64,000 bases of DNA from Dendrobates tinctorius (GCF_039654945.1 NW_027361690.1:19406001-19470000), one strand, 5' to 3'. Counted from the stretch's first letter, positions 13,895 through 27,500 are shown. The notes: a model not told the origin generated them from the sequence alone. Numbers and translations: made by a program.

Positions 13895-13972
13895 CTAAAA
13901 TGATAAGAGTAGTTCATTTATATCTCCTCCGTAACACTGAAGAGTCATAATATTGTAGATATGAACACTTAC

Positions 13973-14098
13973 CTGTGCAATTTCTTTCTTCAGCATCCAA
14001 GGCAAAACCATTGTCACACCGGCACTTGAAGCTACCGATTGTGTTTCTACATTTACCATATTTGCAAAGACTTGGAATCATTTTACATTCATTGATGT
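13973..14098 (-). CDS. fbn1: fbn1 exon ~25: cbEGF11 ([42 protein letters not shown])
   Basis: 126 bp, AG/GT. Confidence 0.96.
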
Positions 14099-14934
14099 CT
14101 ATAAGGCAAGGAAGATATGAATACTTTGTTACCGGACTGTTTGGTTTGCTTCACAATGATAAATGTGCTGTTAGCTAGATCTAAGCTGCCTTTAGCTGTC
14201 CTGAAGATTAAATTAATAATTCTTATGGAATACAAAAATGTTAAATACTTCTAAGGAATTCCATTGATTGGCAGATGTTTTGCAAAAGTTTACTTTTTTC
14301 TATCAACCATCTAGGGAAATCAGATAATGAAAGTGAAGCTCTATGGCTAAGCACTTATGGACTTTTGAGCGACGGTAGATGCAGGCTTTCACTTAAGTTA
14401 ACTTACTGTTTTATTTTTTCCTGGACCCACTCCAGCATTGCCTACCTCTGTCATCAGCGTCATCACATTTAATCTGCTAGCAATGCTGGAGAAGGCGACA
14501 TTGCCATCTATAGATTTAAAATTAGAGAGAGAGTGAGTGTATGTGGCTGCTGTCCCGCTGCTCAGCAGGTATAATCAGACATCTGCTGTGACTTATGAGG
14601 CAGCCCCACACCTTATTTGAACTCCCAATCTGCTAGAAGTTAGGAGATATTTTGGGATTTTCCTAGACATATATGGTGTTGTTTATCTGCTGATCCTGAC
14701 TTTGACCACATCTTCTCTGCCATTGCTTTTGACTGTCCTTCTGGCATTTGACCATGAATGTTCTTTTGACAACAGTTTTGTCTCCTGGGTTCTGTACCTG
14801 GTTCTCCCCCTTTAGTTACTCATGCAGCCAATTTCATTACTTAGGCCGACTCCTTCAGTTAGAAACTACTCCAAGGATTCAACCTAGGGAGCTTAGTTAT
14901 ATATCCATATCCCTGTACTAGTGTAAAAGGTTGA

Positions 14935-16723
14935 AGGTCAGCTCTCACCTTTGCTAAGCAGGCCTACTTTACATCCCGTGTATCTTCCTTGTCCGACAAC
15001 CCTAAACAGTTGTTCAACACTTTTAACTCCCTCCTCCGTCCACCACTGCCCCCTCCAATTTCCGTAATCTCTGCCGAGTAAACTTCGCCATGCACTTCAA
15101 AAACAAGATAGACGAAACACGGCAAGTCTTTATTATTCAACCACCACAACCTCTTTTATACCAGACCAATGCCCAAACCCCATTACCTCCTTATCCAACA
15201 TCACAGTACCACCTTTATGCCGATGATACTCAGATCTACCTCTCTGGCCCAGACGTCACCTCTCTGCTGTCCAAAATCCCGGAGTGTCTATCAGCCATAT
15301 CCTCCTTCTTCTCCTCCCTCTTCCTCAAACTGAATGTGGACAAATCTGAACTGATCATCTTTCCCTCATTTCACAGATCTTCCTTACCTAACCTATCTAT
15401 AACAATTGACGACATCACGCTTTCCACCTTACCGGAGGTCCGCTCCCTCGGAGTAACCCTTGACTCTGCCCTGTCCTGCAAACCGCACATCCAAGCTCTC
15501 TCCACTTCCTGCTGCCTCCAGCTCAAAAATATTTCCAGAATCCATCCCTTCATCAACCCTCACTCTACTAAAATGCTTGTGCATGCCCTCATCATCTCCC
15601 ATCTCGACTACTGCAACATCCTTTTCTGTGGCCTCCCTGCTAACACCCTCGCACCTCTCCAGTCCATCCTTAACTCTGCTGCCCGACTAATTCATCTCTC
15701 TCCTCGCTACTCCTCCGCTTTTCCCCTCTGCAAATCTCTTCACTGGCTCCCACTCTCTCAGCGTATCCAATTCAAATTACTAATACTGACCTACAAGGCC
15801 ATCTATAACCTGTCTCCTCCATATATCTCTGAATTAATCTCCCAATATCTCCTTCACGTAAACTCCGATCCTCCCAAGACTTCCTTCTGTCCTCCACACT
15901 TAGGGTACCGTCACACTTGGCGACACACCAGTGATCCCGACAATGATGCGACCTAGTAGGGATCGCTGGTGCGTCACTACGAGGTCGCTGGTGAGATGTC
16001 AAACAGGCAGATCTCAACAGCGACCCAGCAACGATACAGAATGATATGACGGGCGATGGGACACTGTCTCTCAGACCTGTAGTCTTGAGGTCGTTCGTCG
16101 TTGTCCCTGTCAAACACAACGATGCATGCTGGCCAGCGGGACACCAGCGATCAAAAAATGGCCCAGGATATTCGAGCATGATCAGTGACATCACAGCAGG
16201 GGCCCGATCGCCGCTATGTGTTACACGTAGCGAGATCGCAGGAGAGATCGCTGTTGCGTCATGAAATCGGTGACACAACAGTGATCTCGCTAGCGATCTC
16301 GCTATGTGAGACGGGGGCTTTATTCGCTCCTCACCCAACCGCCTCCAAGACTTCTCCCGAATAGCCCCCATCCTCTGGAATTCTTTGCCCCAACACGTCC
16401 GGCTATCAACCACACTCGGATCCATCAGACGGAACCTGAAAACCCATCCCTTCAGGAAAGCCTACAGCCTGCAATGATCCCCGCTGCCCCCTCACCACTA
16501 CTGGAGCCACCGCATCACGATCACTGGAGCTGCTGCAACCCCCCAACCTACTGTCTCCTTCCCCACCATCCTGTAGAATGTAAGCCCGAAAGGGCAGGGT
16601 CCTCTCTCCCCTCTATATCAGTCTGTGATTGTTAGTTTGTTTACTGTAAGTGATATCTGCAATTTGTATGTAACCCCTTCTCATGTACAGCACCATGGAA
16701 TCAATGGCGCTATATAAATAAAT

Positions 16724-16755
<32 letters not shown>
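14935..16755 (+). mobile_element. L2-clade LINE, 5'-truncated and internally deleted, with 3' UTR and (AAT)n tail
   Basis: ORF 15090-15956 has YADDTQIY, LKLNVDKSELIIF, LGVTLDS, LDYCN and LHWLP RT motifs; AAT repeat tail. Confidence 0.9.
15903..16319. mobile_element. PIF/Harbinger-like MITE nested in the L2
   Basis: TTA duplicated at both ends; imperfect TIRs GGGTACCGTCACAC / GTGAGACGGGGGCT; L2 sequence resumes after it. Confidence 0.75.
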
Positions 16756-16757
<2 letters not shown>

Positions 16758-17149
16758 GGTCATTGTTCCGCTGGGACCTGCTGGATGGAGTGCCTAGCAC
16801 CAAGATTGTCCAAGGATACCTTTTTGAGCTTTGATCTCAGACACAGTTTACAAAGATAAACTTTGTCATGTGAGTGTATGATGGGGAGCTGCCTAAACAT
16901 TTAGATCATATACAGAGACTTTCCAACACCTTTATGTAGGGGTCAAATACTGCAAGATGTTAAAAAATCGCCCCTAAAAACAAAGCTATTGAATGCTTTC
17001 TAAATTTAGTGTCATTCCTATATCACCAGTACAAGGTTCACCTGCTGCTTCTTGTCATTGTAAAGTTGTGATGGATGCTTCATACAGTAGAAAGCTATCA
17101 AATTGTAGATAGATATGAAAGCAAATCAGTTACTTAATTTTTCTCTTAC

Positions 17150-17374
17150 CTTTAGAGAATGTTTTTCCTGGTGTAATTTCCCTTGAAGAAAAGCCAGGGC
17201 CTCTGGGGCAAATGATCTCAAACTCTGGGGTGCCCTGAAGTGGACATTCTTCACAGTCAGGTCCCCAAGCTGCCCCAACAGAACAACAGCAAGCATCCAT
17301 CCTATGGCGACCAGAAATAGGAGCAGAACACTCCTCCTCCTCATGCTTCAAATAGCAGATCTCCACACGAACGT
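17150..17374 (-). CDS. fbn1: fbn1 exon ~24: TB3 ([45 protein letters not shown]...PGKTFSK)
   Basis: 225 bp, AG/GT, 8-Cys TB pattern. Confidence 0.96.
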
Positions 17375-17899
17375 CTAAAGGAAAAGGATGAAATGTTAAT
17401 AGGCCTCCATTAACTTCTTTGCTCTACTTTTTTTATGTCATTTTATGCTGCTGCTAAACAAAATGAGGGGTTAAAATTGAAAAGGACACATTTTAGTAGA
17501 GAACCTACAATTACCCTAAATTATTTTATTATGTAGAAATATAAAATATGGAAGTTTTTTTAATATATTTTTTGAAATGTGACTGTCCAAAATTCACATA
17601 AAATTTAAGCCATTCAAGATAAGATTAGCATTTTAATCACCAAATAGCAACCCATCCTAACCCAAGGAGTTAGGGAAAGAAAAAAAATGACTAAAAAAAA
17701 ACATGAAAAAATGTAGCATACGCTTTTCATTGAATCCGTACTCCGCTCTGTGCGTGCGCTCATGCAGGTATTATGAGCCTCCTATCTTGTGAGTAGCGTT
17801 CTTCTCAGGGGTCTTTTGAGCTATTAGTGGAGGTCTTAGGACTAAGCCCACCACCACACCTTTGGTCTTAGTCATAAAGTCACATTGCTTCTAGATTCT

Positions 17900-18235
17900 A
17901 ATACCACCTATACACTGATGATACTCAGATGTACATAATCTGGCCCAGATGCCACCTCTCTGCTATCTAGAATCTGAGAGTGTCTATCAGTCAAATCTTT
18001 TGTATTCTCATCACACTTCTTAAGGCTCAATGAGAACAAACCAAGTTCATCATCTTTCCTCAATGACACTCAACTCCCCTACCTGATCTATCTATCACAG
18101 TAAATGATGTCACGCTTTGCCCAGAAGAGCCCTGCCTCGGCGTAACCCTTGACTCTGCCCTGTCCTTCAAACACCACATTCAAGCTCTTCCTATCTCCTG
18201 CTGCCTCCAACCCAGAAATATTTCCAGAATTCCCG
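17900..18235 (+). mobile_element. L2 LINE RT fragment
   Basis: Homologous to 15205-15545 (taccacctatacactgatgatactcagat...aaatatttccagaat). Confidence 0.8.
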
Positions 18236-18749
18236 CACATAAGTGTCAATCAGGAACTGAGATGTACTAATGTCAAAAGGTGCCATGAATTAAGAAATGT
18301 TCTTTCATATGTAGAAATTTTTATTTATGAAGGCATTATCACATGGTTAATCTGCACTGATAGCTCATAGCTTACATATCAAACACCAAACCCAGTATTA
18401 ATTTACAAAATGGTGGATTGTGAATAAAATCCTTCTATTGCTTTTGAACCAAAACTATTTTAGCTTTGGGTCTATACTCATTTATTAGATAATTTAAGTC
18501 TGACCTGTAGAGCGACTAGAAAACCAATGTACTGTAGCTTTGTGAGTTTTAACCATCTGCGAATCCACCTATGAGTCATTGGAATTGCAAACTGGATTGT
18601 GACAACACAAATCTTTCATACAAAAAGCAGTAATAAAAACATTTATGGTTATATCATTGTTATGCAAAACTCTTTGGGGAATTTTTGGAAAGAGCTACAA
18701 TAAATATTTCTATGCGGATGAGATTCTACAAGAGTCTGAGATATTATAC

Positions 18750-18875
18750 CAATGCATGTGCGTCCAGAAGCATCGACCTTCATTCCAGGGGGGCAGTCAC
18801 AGACAAAGGACCCGATTGTGTTTCTGCAATTGGCATTGGTGCAAATACCGGGAAATACCTCACATTCATTAACAT
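18750..18875 (-). CDS. fbn1: fbn1 exon ~23: cbEGF10 ([42 protein letters not shown])
   Basis: 126 bp, AG/GT. Confidence 0.96.
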
Positions 18876-21292
18876 CTGCAACCAAAACAAATGAATGATG
18901 CATTGGGGGGAGACAAAAACACACCATTTATCATACAATGCTTAAAAGTAGGGTGTGGAGCATTCCCAGTTGTACATAGCTCTTATACCGTGAGCTTGGG
19001 AGGTTGAGAGGAACACGTGAAATTAAAGGGATACAAAAACATTTAACATAATACAATCATAGATTCATAGTGAGCATATATACCAATAAACATGCAAAGG
19101 AATGAGCACCGCACAGAAAATCCTTGCCATCAACTATTTGTGAATGGTCAATAGTGAATGACAGTACGCCCAATTGTCAACATCTTAGCAATTTGTCTAT
19201 CTCTAAACAAGAATTTCCAAACTTGGAACTGGGGCATTTAACTGAGAAGCCAACTGAGGGAAGACAAAGGAATTACTGATTTTACATGATATCTTTTGTT
19301 TCATTTAGTGGTACAACTAATTCACAATTAATGGTATGACTGTTGCCTTCTTTTCTCCATAGAACACAACTATAAAATACTTGAGAATTAAGGAACATCT
19401 CAGGGAAAGCTGATGTAACGTTTTTCCTGATCAAGACTTTAGGTGGTGGTCTTTGGACCCTTTTTGTCCAAAAAGGCTCTGTACCAGGCATAATAAAATA
19501 TATACATTTTGTCCATTGTGTGTCTTTAAAAGAATAGAAGCTAAAGGCTGCTAGGATTTTAACAATTATCACATTCTCAAATAACCCAACTAATAGACAT
19601 GTGGCAAAGAGGGGGGCTCAATCTTATACAAGTGGTGGTCCTGCCCCAAAACTATTAACTATATTGGCCGGATTATGTTGTAGATAGTTTGAATAACCCC
19701 ATCAGTGACCCTGTAAATCTGTCTCTTACACTTATTTGTAGAGAAAACACCTAAATCTAGGCTTCAATTAATAAGTCATTTGCTTGCCATTGCAAGGATC
19801 CTGATTCTCAAACGAGATTTTATATATATATACATAGACTTCTATGCTGTCTTTTGAGCAATCGATGAAGGTCACACAGACCCCCACTGATCTACAGGCA
19901 TGTAAGGACTAAGGAGCCGGCAAAAAAATATAAAAATGCATAAATGTTTAGTTACTCTTAAATATTTTAGCTATAATCAACTGTGTATGTCCTTTATTTT
20001 TTAAATTAAAAAATAATGAATATTATTTCAAGAGCAATAAAAAAGAAGGCTGCATTAATACTATCTAATAAAAATGATAAATTATCCTTTTTTAAGATTA
20101 ATATGAAACCAATTACACATACATTTTTACGGTGCTTCACAGTGGTATCTTTTGGAGCAAAAAAAGATTTGCAAGACCCAGTTCCAGTGGCCACATTGAT
20201 AGTCCATGTACACTGGTGCAGACACCTGCAAACCTCCTACTACCCACGGCATTCCTGGCTCTTCTTCTGAGTTGTAGGATCTGTGACACTGCGGCACAAA
20301 ACGTCCATGATGTCATATTAGACCTACTAATCAGAAGAGGCACTGGGGACGCATGTAGGTAGCAAGATGTTTCCAGGGCTTTGGTCCTACTACTATGGAC
20401 TATCAAGATGGCCACTTAACCAGGAACCTGCAAATATTTTTGCTCAATTGTAAACTCTTTACATTCACAAATGTCAATACATTGATAGAAAACACACATT
20501 TTCTTGTTCTTTTATGTAACTTTTGTCTGCCTGGTATAAGTGAAAGTGGTTTATACCAAGTTAAAGGTAAATGTATCTATGTGACTACATAGTTTGACAA
20601 ATTGCATGTTTTAATCAAGGGTGTAGCTATGGAAAGCCATGTGCCTGGGGAGTGCTTGTGGGGTCCTAACAAACTACCTTGCCTAGGCTAGAGGATTTAT
20701 AGGCAAAGCTAGAGCGGTGACCTGAATTTTTAACCTGGTAAAAGACAACGTAGGTACAGCTGTAATAATACTTGCTGCACTTAGGCTTATTTGTCTAGTT
20801 GTAAAGCCCGAATGAGCTGGCGCCCCACAAAATGATTTAGTTTGCTGCTGATGGATATTGAGATCCAGACAGTGTGCATGATTACATAATTCTCATCTAG
20901 AAAGGGGCATTAACACATAGCTAACAATTCTACTTTTTGCATAGTTGTAGAAGGGACCACCCTTTTTATGAGTGTTGCTTTTGGCAAGCTTATTCCAAGG
21001 CGTTTTCAGGTTTGTCATGGTGAACACAAGACAAAATCATAAGCCAAAGTGTTGGATCATGGGGAGTGAACTCTCTCAAGTACATAACAAGGGTCTTTAG
21101 AGACCTGACATCAGGGAAGAGCTGTGTTCTCAGTGCGTCAGTGGAAGTATCTAGTTGTCCATTATCCTGGCTCTTCCAAGTTTTGGCCACCTTATGTTGA
21201 AGTCAATCAAATAATTGCAGAAAAATCGTGACTACAGGAAATTTGGGTCTGTAACTATTTTTTTATTTTAGACTTTATAAAAAAAATATTAA

Positions 21293-21686
21293 AAGGAATC
21301 TGTTCCCATATATATTTAGCTGTGACCATAGCAGCTGACAGCTACTTGAACCCTTGCATTAGAAGGTCTTCACCTTCCTGCACTTTTTTTGCATGTAGTT
21401 GTACAATGGAAGTCTGTCAGAACAAAATGACCGTTCAAAGTAATCACAGATGCTTGGTGCGACCTCGGCGTGGCCAAAGAGCTCAATGCACATTCTCACC
21501 TACTAGTCTTGCATCTACCTCTTCCCCTCTCTTCTCTGACTGTTCTGGCTTTACAAGAGACAGAAAACAGTGGAGGCAGATAGAAACTACTTGTTGGACA
21601 GGTACACTAAACTGTTTGGCCACACCAACAGTGCCCTGAGCTCCTGTGCTTGGTTCGAACAGTCATTTTGTGCCGACAGACTACCT
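21293..21686. mobile_element. Probable T2/Kolobok-like MITE
   Basis: TTAA|AAGGAATCTGT ... ACAGACTACCT|TTAA. Confidence 0.55.
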
Positions 21687-21741
21687 TTAAACATTTTCAT
21701 TGCTAATTGCAAACAATTATAACTGGAAACAATTAATTTAC

Positions 21742-21792
21742 CTTGACAAATATTGCCTTTGGTTCTTGCAAAACCTTTACCACAGACATGGT
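21742..21792 (-). CDS. fbn1: fbn1 exon ~22: hybrid-2 C-terminal part (DHVCGKGFARTKGNICQ)
   Basis: 51 bp, caacag acceptor and gtaaat donor. Confidence 0.92.
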
Positions 21793-21929
21793 CTGTTGAA
21801 ACAAAGAGCCGAGTTATTGTAAATTTACAGTTCTGCTATTATTGTTAAAAAGGGCTATGCATTATAAGTATGAAGATTCATAATGTAAAATAAACAAAAA
21901 ATCATCTGGAAATATTGTTAATAACTATA

Positions 21930-22828
21930 CACTCACTGGCCACTTTATTAGGTACACCTGTCCAACTGTGTGTTAAGACTTAATTTCTAATCAGCCAATC
22001 ACATGGCGGCAACTCAGTGCATTTAGGCATGTAGACATGGTCAAGACAATCTCCTGCAGTTCAAACCGAGCATCAGTATGGGGAAGAAAGGTGATTTGAG
22101 TGCCTTTGAACGTGGCATGATTGTTGGTGCCAGAAGGGCTGGTCTGAGTATTTCAGAAACTGCTGATCTACTGGGATTTTCACGCACAACCATCTCTAGG
22201 GTTTACAGAGAATGGTCCGAAAAAGAAAAAAAATCCAGTGAGCGGCAGTTCTGTGGCCGGAAATGCCTTGTTGATGCCAGAGGTCAGAGGAGAATGGGCA
22301 TACTGGTTCGAGCTGATAGAAAGGCAACAGTGACTCAAATTGCCACCCGTTACAACCAAGGTAGGCAGAAGAGCATCTCTGAACGCACAGTGCGTCGAAC
22401 TTTGAGGCAGATGGGCTACAGCAGCAGAAGACCACACTGGGTACCACTCCTCTCAGCTAAGAACAGGCATCTGATGGCTACTTTCAGCAGGATAATGCGC
22501 CATGTCATAAAGCTCGAATCATCTCAGATTGGTTTCTTGAACATGACAATGAGTTCACTGTACTCAAATGGCCTCCTCAGTCACCAGATCTCAATCCAAT
22601 AGAGCATCTTCGGGATGTGGTGGAACGGGAGATTCGCATCAGGGATGTGCAGCCGACAAATCTGCGCCAACTGTGTGATGCCATCATGTCAATATGGTCC
22701 AAAATCTCTGAGGAATGCTTCCAGCACCTTGTTGAATCTCTGCCACGAAGAATTGAGGCAGTTCTGAAGGCAAAAGGGGGTCCAACCCGTTACTAGCATG
22801 GTGTATCTAATAAAGTGGCCAGTGAGTG
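21930..22828 (+). mobile_element. Tc1 transposon, internally deleted
   Basis: TA|CACTCACTGGCCACTTTATTAG...CTAATAAAGTGGCCAGTGAGTG|TA; ORF from 22078 encodes paired-like HTH; out-of-frame QDN and WPPQSPDLNPIE remnants. Confidence 0.93.
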
Positions 22829-22913
22829 TATATTCATAATAAGATGTTCTTTATTTCATAGAACAAAAAACAAAAAAGAATAAAAGGAAAAGTCTAAAAA
22901 CGCATTCCATTAC

Positions 22914-23051
22914 CGACTTCACAAGGTTGACATGGACTTCCCCAGGCTACTCCTAATGTTGAGCAACACTGAGATCTAAGAGTGGCTCCATTTATGTTAA
23001 TTTCGCATCTTCCATTTACGATGTCTTTCCAGCACGTGCCTTTTAAAGTTT
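22914..23051 (-). CDS. fbn1: fbn1 exon ~21: hybrid domain 2 ([46 protein letters not shown])
   Basis: 138 bp, AG/GT, manual translation. Confidence 0.95.
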
Positions 23052-23590
23052 CTGTAGAAAAATAAAATATTACTAGAATGAGAAAATCAACTTAGTGACC
23101 CCAAACAATGATAAGGTTCCTCCACGTGTATGAATACAGAGGCACTGTACTGCCAAAGATCTCTTTATCTGATTTCTTCATGCTAACTTTCCCTTGTGAC
23201 ATCAAACATCAGTTCAGACAGCTTCAGAGCCTTCAATTCATAACGCAAGTTGCGCTCAGAGTCTCATATATTTTGATAACCACACATCAGACAAGGCGAG
23301 AGCATTAAATGTGACGTAAGTATGCGTCAGCACCTACAGTAATGTAACTTCAAGTTTGAGAGTTTGAGACCCCAATGCAAAATCTTCAACATGATCCCCA
23401 ATTATCAGAGATCTTTAATAGTACTAATCTCCTCGTATCGGCCTAAAGAATTTTTTGGGCCTCCTTTGGCTTCAGGGCCCAAGGTATAAGGTATAACTGC
23501 AACCCCTACATCCATTATAGTTATGCCCCTGATAACCTGATAACCTGATAAACAGATTACATGACCATACATCTGTGACTATTCACTTAC

Positions 23591-23710
23591 CAACACAAAT
23601 TGTCTTTGTTTCATCCAATGTGCTTCCAAAAGAACATTCACACACAAAAGATCCTGGGATATTTTTGCATGCACCATTGATGCAGGGGTTCGACTCACAT
23701 TCATTAATAT
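23591..23710 (-). CDS. fbn1: fbn1 exon ~20: cbEGF9 ([40 protein letters not shown])
   Basis: 120 bp, AG/GT. Confidence 0.96.
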
Positions 23711-23867
23711 CTAAAATAAATGAGAAATTACTTCAGAATTGCAATTTAGACGAGTACATCAACAAAATAAGTTCCAAATGTATCGATATTGAAGTTGCAG
23801 ATATCTACCCTACATCACAATAATTACATTTATGCTGCTTTACATGCATCATTAGCTGGGTTGGATG

Positions 23868-26472
23868 CAGGGCCGCCATCAGGGCATTACTGCCCTTACT
23901 ACTGTATGGGGCCCCATGAACAGTAGCAAAAAGAGGGGCCCGGATGCGTTGGCAGACCGGGCCCTCCTCTCTTGATACTGCTGTTTGGGCTACAGGTGCA
24001 ATAGTTCATGGCCGCTGCTGCCAGATACATAACACTACGGTGATTTAAAGATACACCTACAGTGTTGTTAGTGAATGCAGTGGCCAGAAATCAGTGCTGT
24101 ACCTTTAAAGCAGCAGCAGGACCAAGTGCATCATGGTCCTGACGCATGTCATGTGACACACTGCACGCTCTTCTTCATTCTCGAGCAGAGCAGCAACATG
24201 TCACGTTTCTGGGAGACAGAAGATGCTGAGATCGGCAGAGGCAGAGGAGGCGGGCAGTGTGTGAGGACTTGCAGGAAGTTGCAGAGGGGAGTGAGGTGAG
24301 GAGATGGCAATCTGCTGATGTGAGTGAGAAGTTGGGAATCTGCTGAGGTGAGGAGATGGGAGGCTGCTGATGTGTGGAGATGGGAGGCTGCTGAGGAGAT
24401 GGGAGGCTGCTGAGGTGTGGAGATGGGAGGCTGCTGAGGAGATGGTAGGCTGCTGAGGTGTGGAGATGGGAGGCTGCTGAGGTGTCGAGATGGGAGGCTG
24501 CTGAGGTGAGGAGATGGGAGGCTGCTGAGGAGATGGGAGGCTACTGAGGTGTGGAGATAGTAGGCTGCTGAGGTGAGGAGATGGAGGCTGCTGAGGAGAT
24601 GGAGGCTGCTGAGGTGAGGAGATGGAGGCTGCTGAGGAGATGGGAGGCTGCTGAGGAGATGGAGGCTGCTGAGGTGAGGAGATGGGAGGCTGCTGAGGAG
24701 ATGGGAGGCTGCTGAGGTGTGGAGATGGGAGGCTGCTGAAGTGTGGAGATGGGAGGCTGCTGAGGAGAGGAGATGGGAGGCTGCTGAGGTGAGGAGATGG
24801 GAGGCTACTGAGGAGATGGGAGGCTGCTGAGGTGTGGAGATGGGAGGCTGCTGAGGAGATGGAGGCTGCTGAGGTGAGGAGATGGGAGGTTGCTGAGGTG
24901 TGGAGATGGGAGGCTGCTGAGGAGATGGAGGCTGCTGAGGTGAGGAGATGGAGGCTGCTGAGGAGATGGAGGCTGCTGAGGTGAGGAGATGGTGGCTGCT
25001 GAGGAGATGGGAGGCTGCTGAGGAGATGGAGGCTGCTGAGGTGAAGAGATGGGAGGCTGCTGAGGAGATGGGAGGCTGCTGAGGTGTGGAGATGGGAGGC
25101 TGCTGAAGTGTGGAGATGGGAGGCTGCTGAGGAGAGGAGATGGGAGGCTGCTGAGATGTGGAGATGGGAGGCTGCTGAGGTGAGGAGATGGGAGGCTGCT
25201 GAGGTGAGGAGATGGGAGGCTACTGAGGTGAGGAGATGGGAGGCTACTGAGGTGAGGAGATGGGAGGCTGCTGAGGTGTGGAGATGGGAGGCTGCTGAGG
25301 AGATGGGAGGCTGCTGAGGTGTGGAGATGGGAGGCTGCTGAGGTGTGGAGATGGGAGGCTGCTGAGGTGTGGAGATGGGAGGCTGCTGAGGTGAGGAGAT
25401 GGGAGGCTGCTGAGGTGAGGAGATGGGAGGCTGCTGAGGTGAGGAGATGGGAGGCTGCTGAGGTGAGGAGATGGGAGGCTGCTGAGGTGAGGAGATGGGA
25501 GGTTGCTGAGGTGAGGAGACGGGAGGCTGCTGAGGTGAGGAGATGGGAGGCTGCTGACGTGTGGAGATGGAAGGCTGCTGACGTGAGGAGATGGGAGGCT
25601 GCTGACGTGTGGAGATGGGAGGCTGCTGAGGTGTGGAGATGGGAGGCTGCTGAAACGACCAAAAAAATTCTAGAATTCCACTTTTTTCAATTTCACTGCA
25701 CTTTGAATTTTTTCCCATTTTCCAGTACACTATTTGGTAAAGCCAATCATGTAATTCAAAAGTACAACTCGTCCTGCAAAAAACAAGCCCTCACACGGCC
25801 ATATTGATGTAAAAATAAAAAGTGGGTATATATGATTGGGAAACATCTTTATTTGGGAAATTGTTCTACGCTCGCACAGCAGTGCATGGACTGGGCGCTG
25901 ATCTTCTGGCCTGCATCCTCATACATGCTGTGAGTCTGCTGAGTTCTAGTCAGGAGACCCACGGCCCGTCCATGCACTGCGGTCCGAGCGCAGATAGATA
26001 TCCACCGACAGCTTCATTCATGTACAGAAAACAATATAATAATCTGCAATCAGAAATACAGATTATAAAAAAAAGTCACAATCTGGTTTCAAATATTTTT
26101 AAAAAAAGTATGTGACTCATTTCCTTAAAGAAAAAGAAAAAATATACCTAAAAAGAGTATTGGGTATTTTAACAAATGATTAATAAGTTACAGTAGAGTA
26201 GCGCTCATCCAAAAGAGTCTACCTTGTTGTGGTGGCGGCTTAAAATTCTTTTGGCCAGAACAAACGCTGCTGGCTATATGTATGATCTGGGAAATGTTAA
26301 TGTGTGATTGGTGAGGACGTGGTGCAGAAGTGGAGTTTTTCCAAGAGTGGGCAGTGGGACTCTGGAAGATTTGAGGGGTGGAGGCACGGCTAGGGTGGAG
26401 CCTGGACGGAGTCTCAAGGGGGCCCAAAAATGTTTACAGTATGGGGCCCTGAAATTCCTAATGGCAGCCCTG
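23868..26472. mobile_element. hAT-like non-autonomous element carrying a minisatellite
   Basis: TIRs CAGGGCCGCCAT / ATGGCAGCCCTG; exact 8-bp TSD GTTGGATG (23860-23867, 26473-26480). Confidence 0.88.
24340..25652. repeat. Minisatellite, 16-24-bp variants of GAGGTG(A/T)GGAGATGGGAGGCTGCT
   Basis: Tandem array visible directly. Confidence 0.95.
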
Positions 26473-26929
26473 GTTGGATGTATCATATATATCTACTCCA
26501 ATCAAGAGATATAGGCAAAAAGTGTTAGGCATTAAATGATTATTTACAAAAAATAACGTTGTCCCTTATCTGTAGAATAGGGAATAACTTGATGATCAAT
26601 GGTGTTTAACCACTGGAACCCCCAGCAAGCCTAAGGTTGGGTTTACAAAGCCCAAGAACAGGCTTAATCTGAGGTGTGCATGCTTGGCTTCCAGTCCTTT
26701 CATTGTCAGTTGGACTGCTGGAAATAGCCACACACACAACTCGGCAGCCTCATAGACAGTGAATGGAGCAGAGGGCATGCATTCATATATATGAACTACA
26801 TCATCTATCTCATCTAGGTCGGTTCAGATACACCAGAATATGATGAACACAATACCCATTATCTGCATAGGCTATACTCATATACTAATTAGTTAATAGG
26901 TTTAGAGTGATTAGATATAATGGTTTTAC

Positions 26930-27055
26930 CTTCACACGTTTTTGATTCAGGCTCAAAGACATAGCCTTTAGGACAAGTACAAGAGAAGCTTCCTGGAGTG
27001 TTCCGACATTGTCCATTGTCACAGAGTAGCCGGTTCAACGCACATTCATCAATAT
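26930..27055 (-). CDS. fbn1: fbn1 exon ~19: cbEGF8 ([42 protein letters not shown])
   Basis: 126 bp, AG/GT. Confidence 0.96.
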
Positions 27056-27206
27056 CTACAAAGATTCAAATTTTAGTCAATTTATTGATCTATCATTAGA
27101 ATGAATAAGTCAATAATTGAAATAAATGCATAGTATTAGTGACAGAATACTAGCCTGGATTACATATCTCTATTTTCTTCTCTCAAAGAAATCTAATAAT
27201 AAAAGC

Positions 27207-27500
27207 TGGAGATGAGCAGATCCCTTTGCGCGACCTGGTCAATGGTCCAGGTCATTAGTTTCTGGTCATGGACAGGAGCTGCTCAAATTTCCTTACCCTT
27301 AGGAATCCCAGGTTCGGCTTATGTTATGATTAGCCGGACGGACGGTACGTCACCTGTGCACCACACGCTGCACAGATGACGTCAGCCATAATGATCGATA
27401 AGGGTAAGGAAACTCATGCAGCTCCAGTCCATGGCCAGAGATTACTGAATTGGACTTAGACCACGGACCCAGGTCACACAAAGCAATCCGCTCATCTCCA
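27207..27500. mobile_element. hAT-like MITE
   Basis: TGGAGATGAGC...GCTCATCTCCA, long imperfect arms; flanks ATAAAAGC / ATAATAGC. Confidence 0.7.

Noticed and set aside
24201-25807. 509-aa and overlapping ORFs of SSPQQPPI / RRWEAAEV repeats
   Set aside because: Translation of a minisatellite inside a hAT element, open in several frames on both strands, with no gene context.
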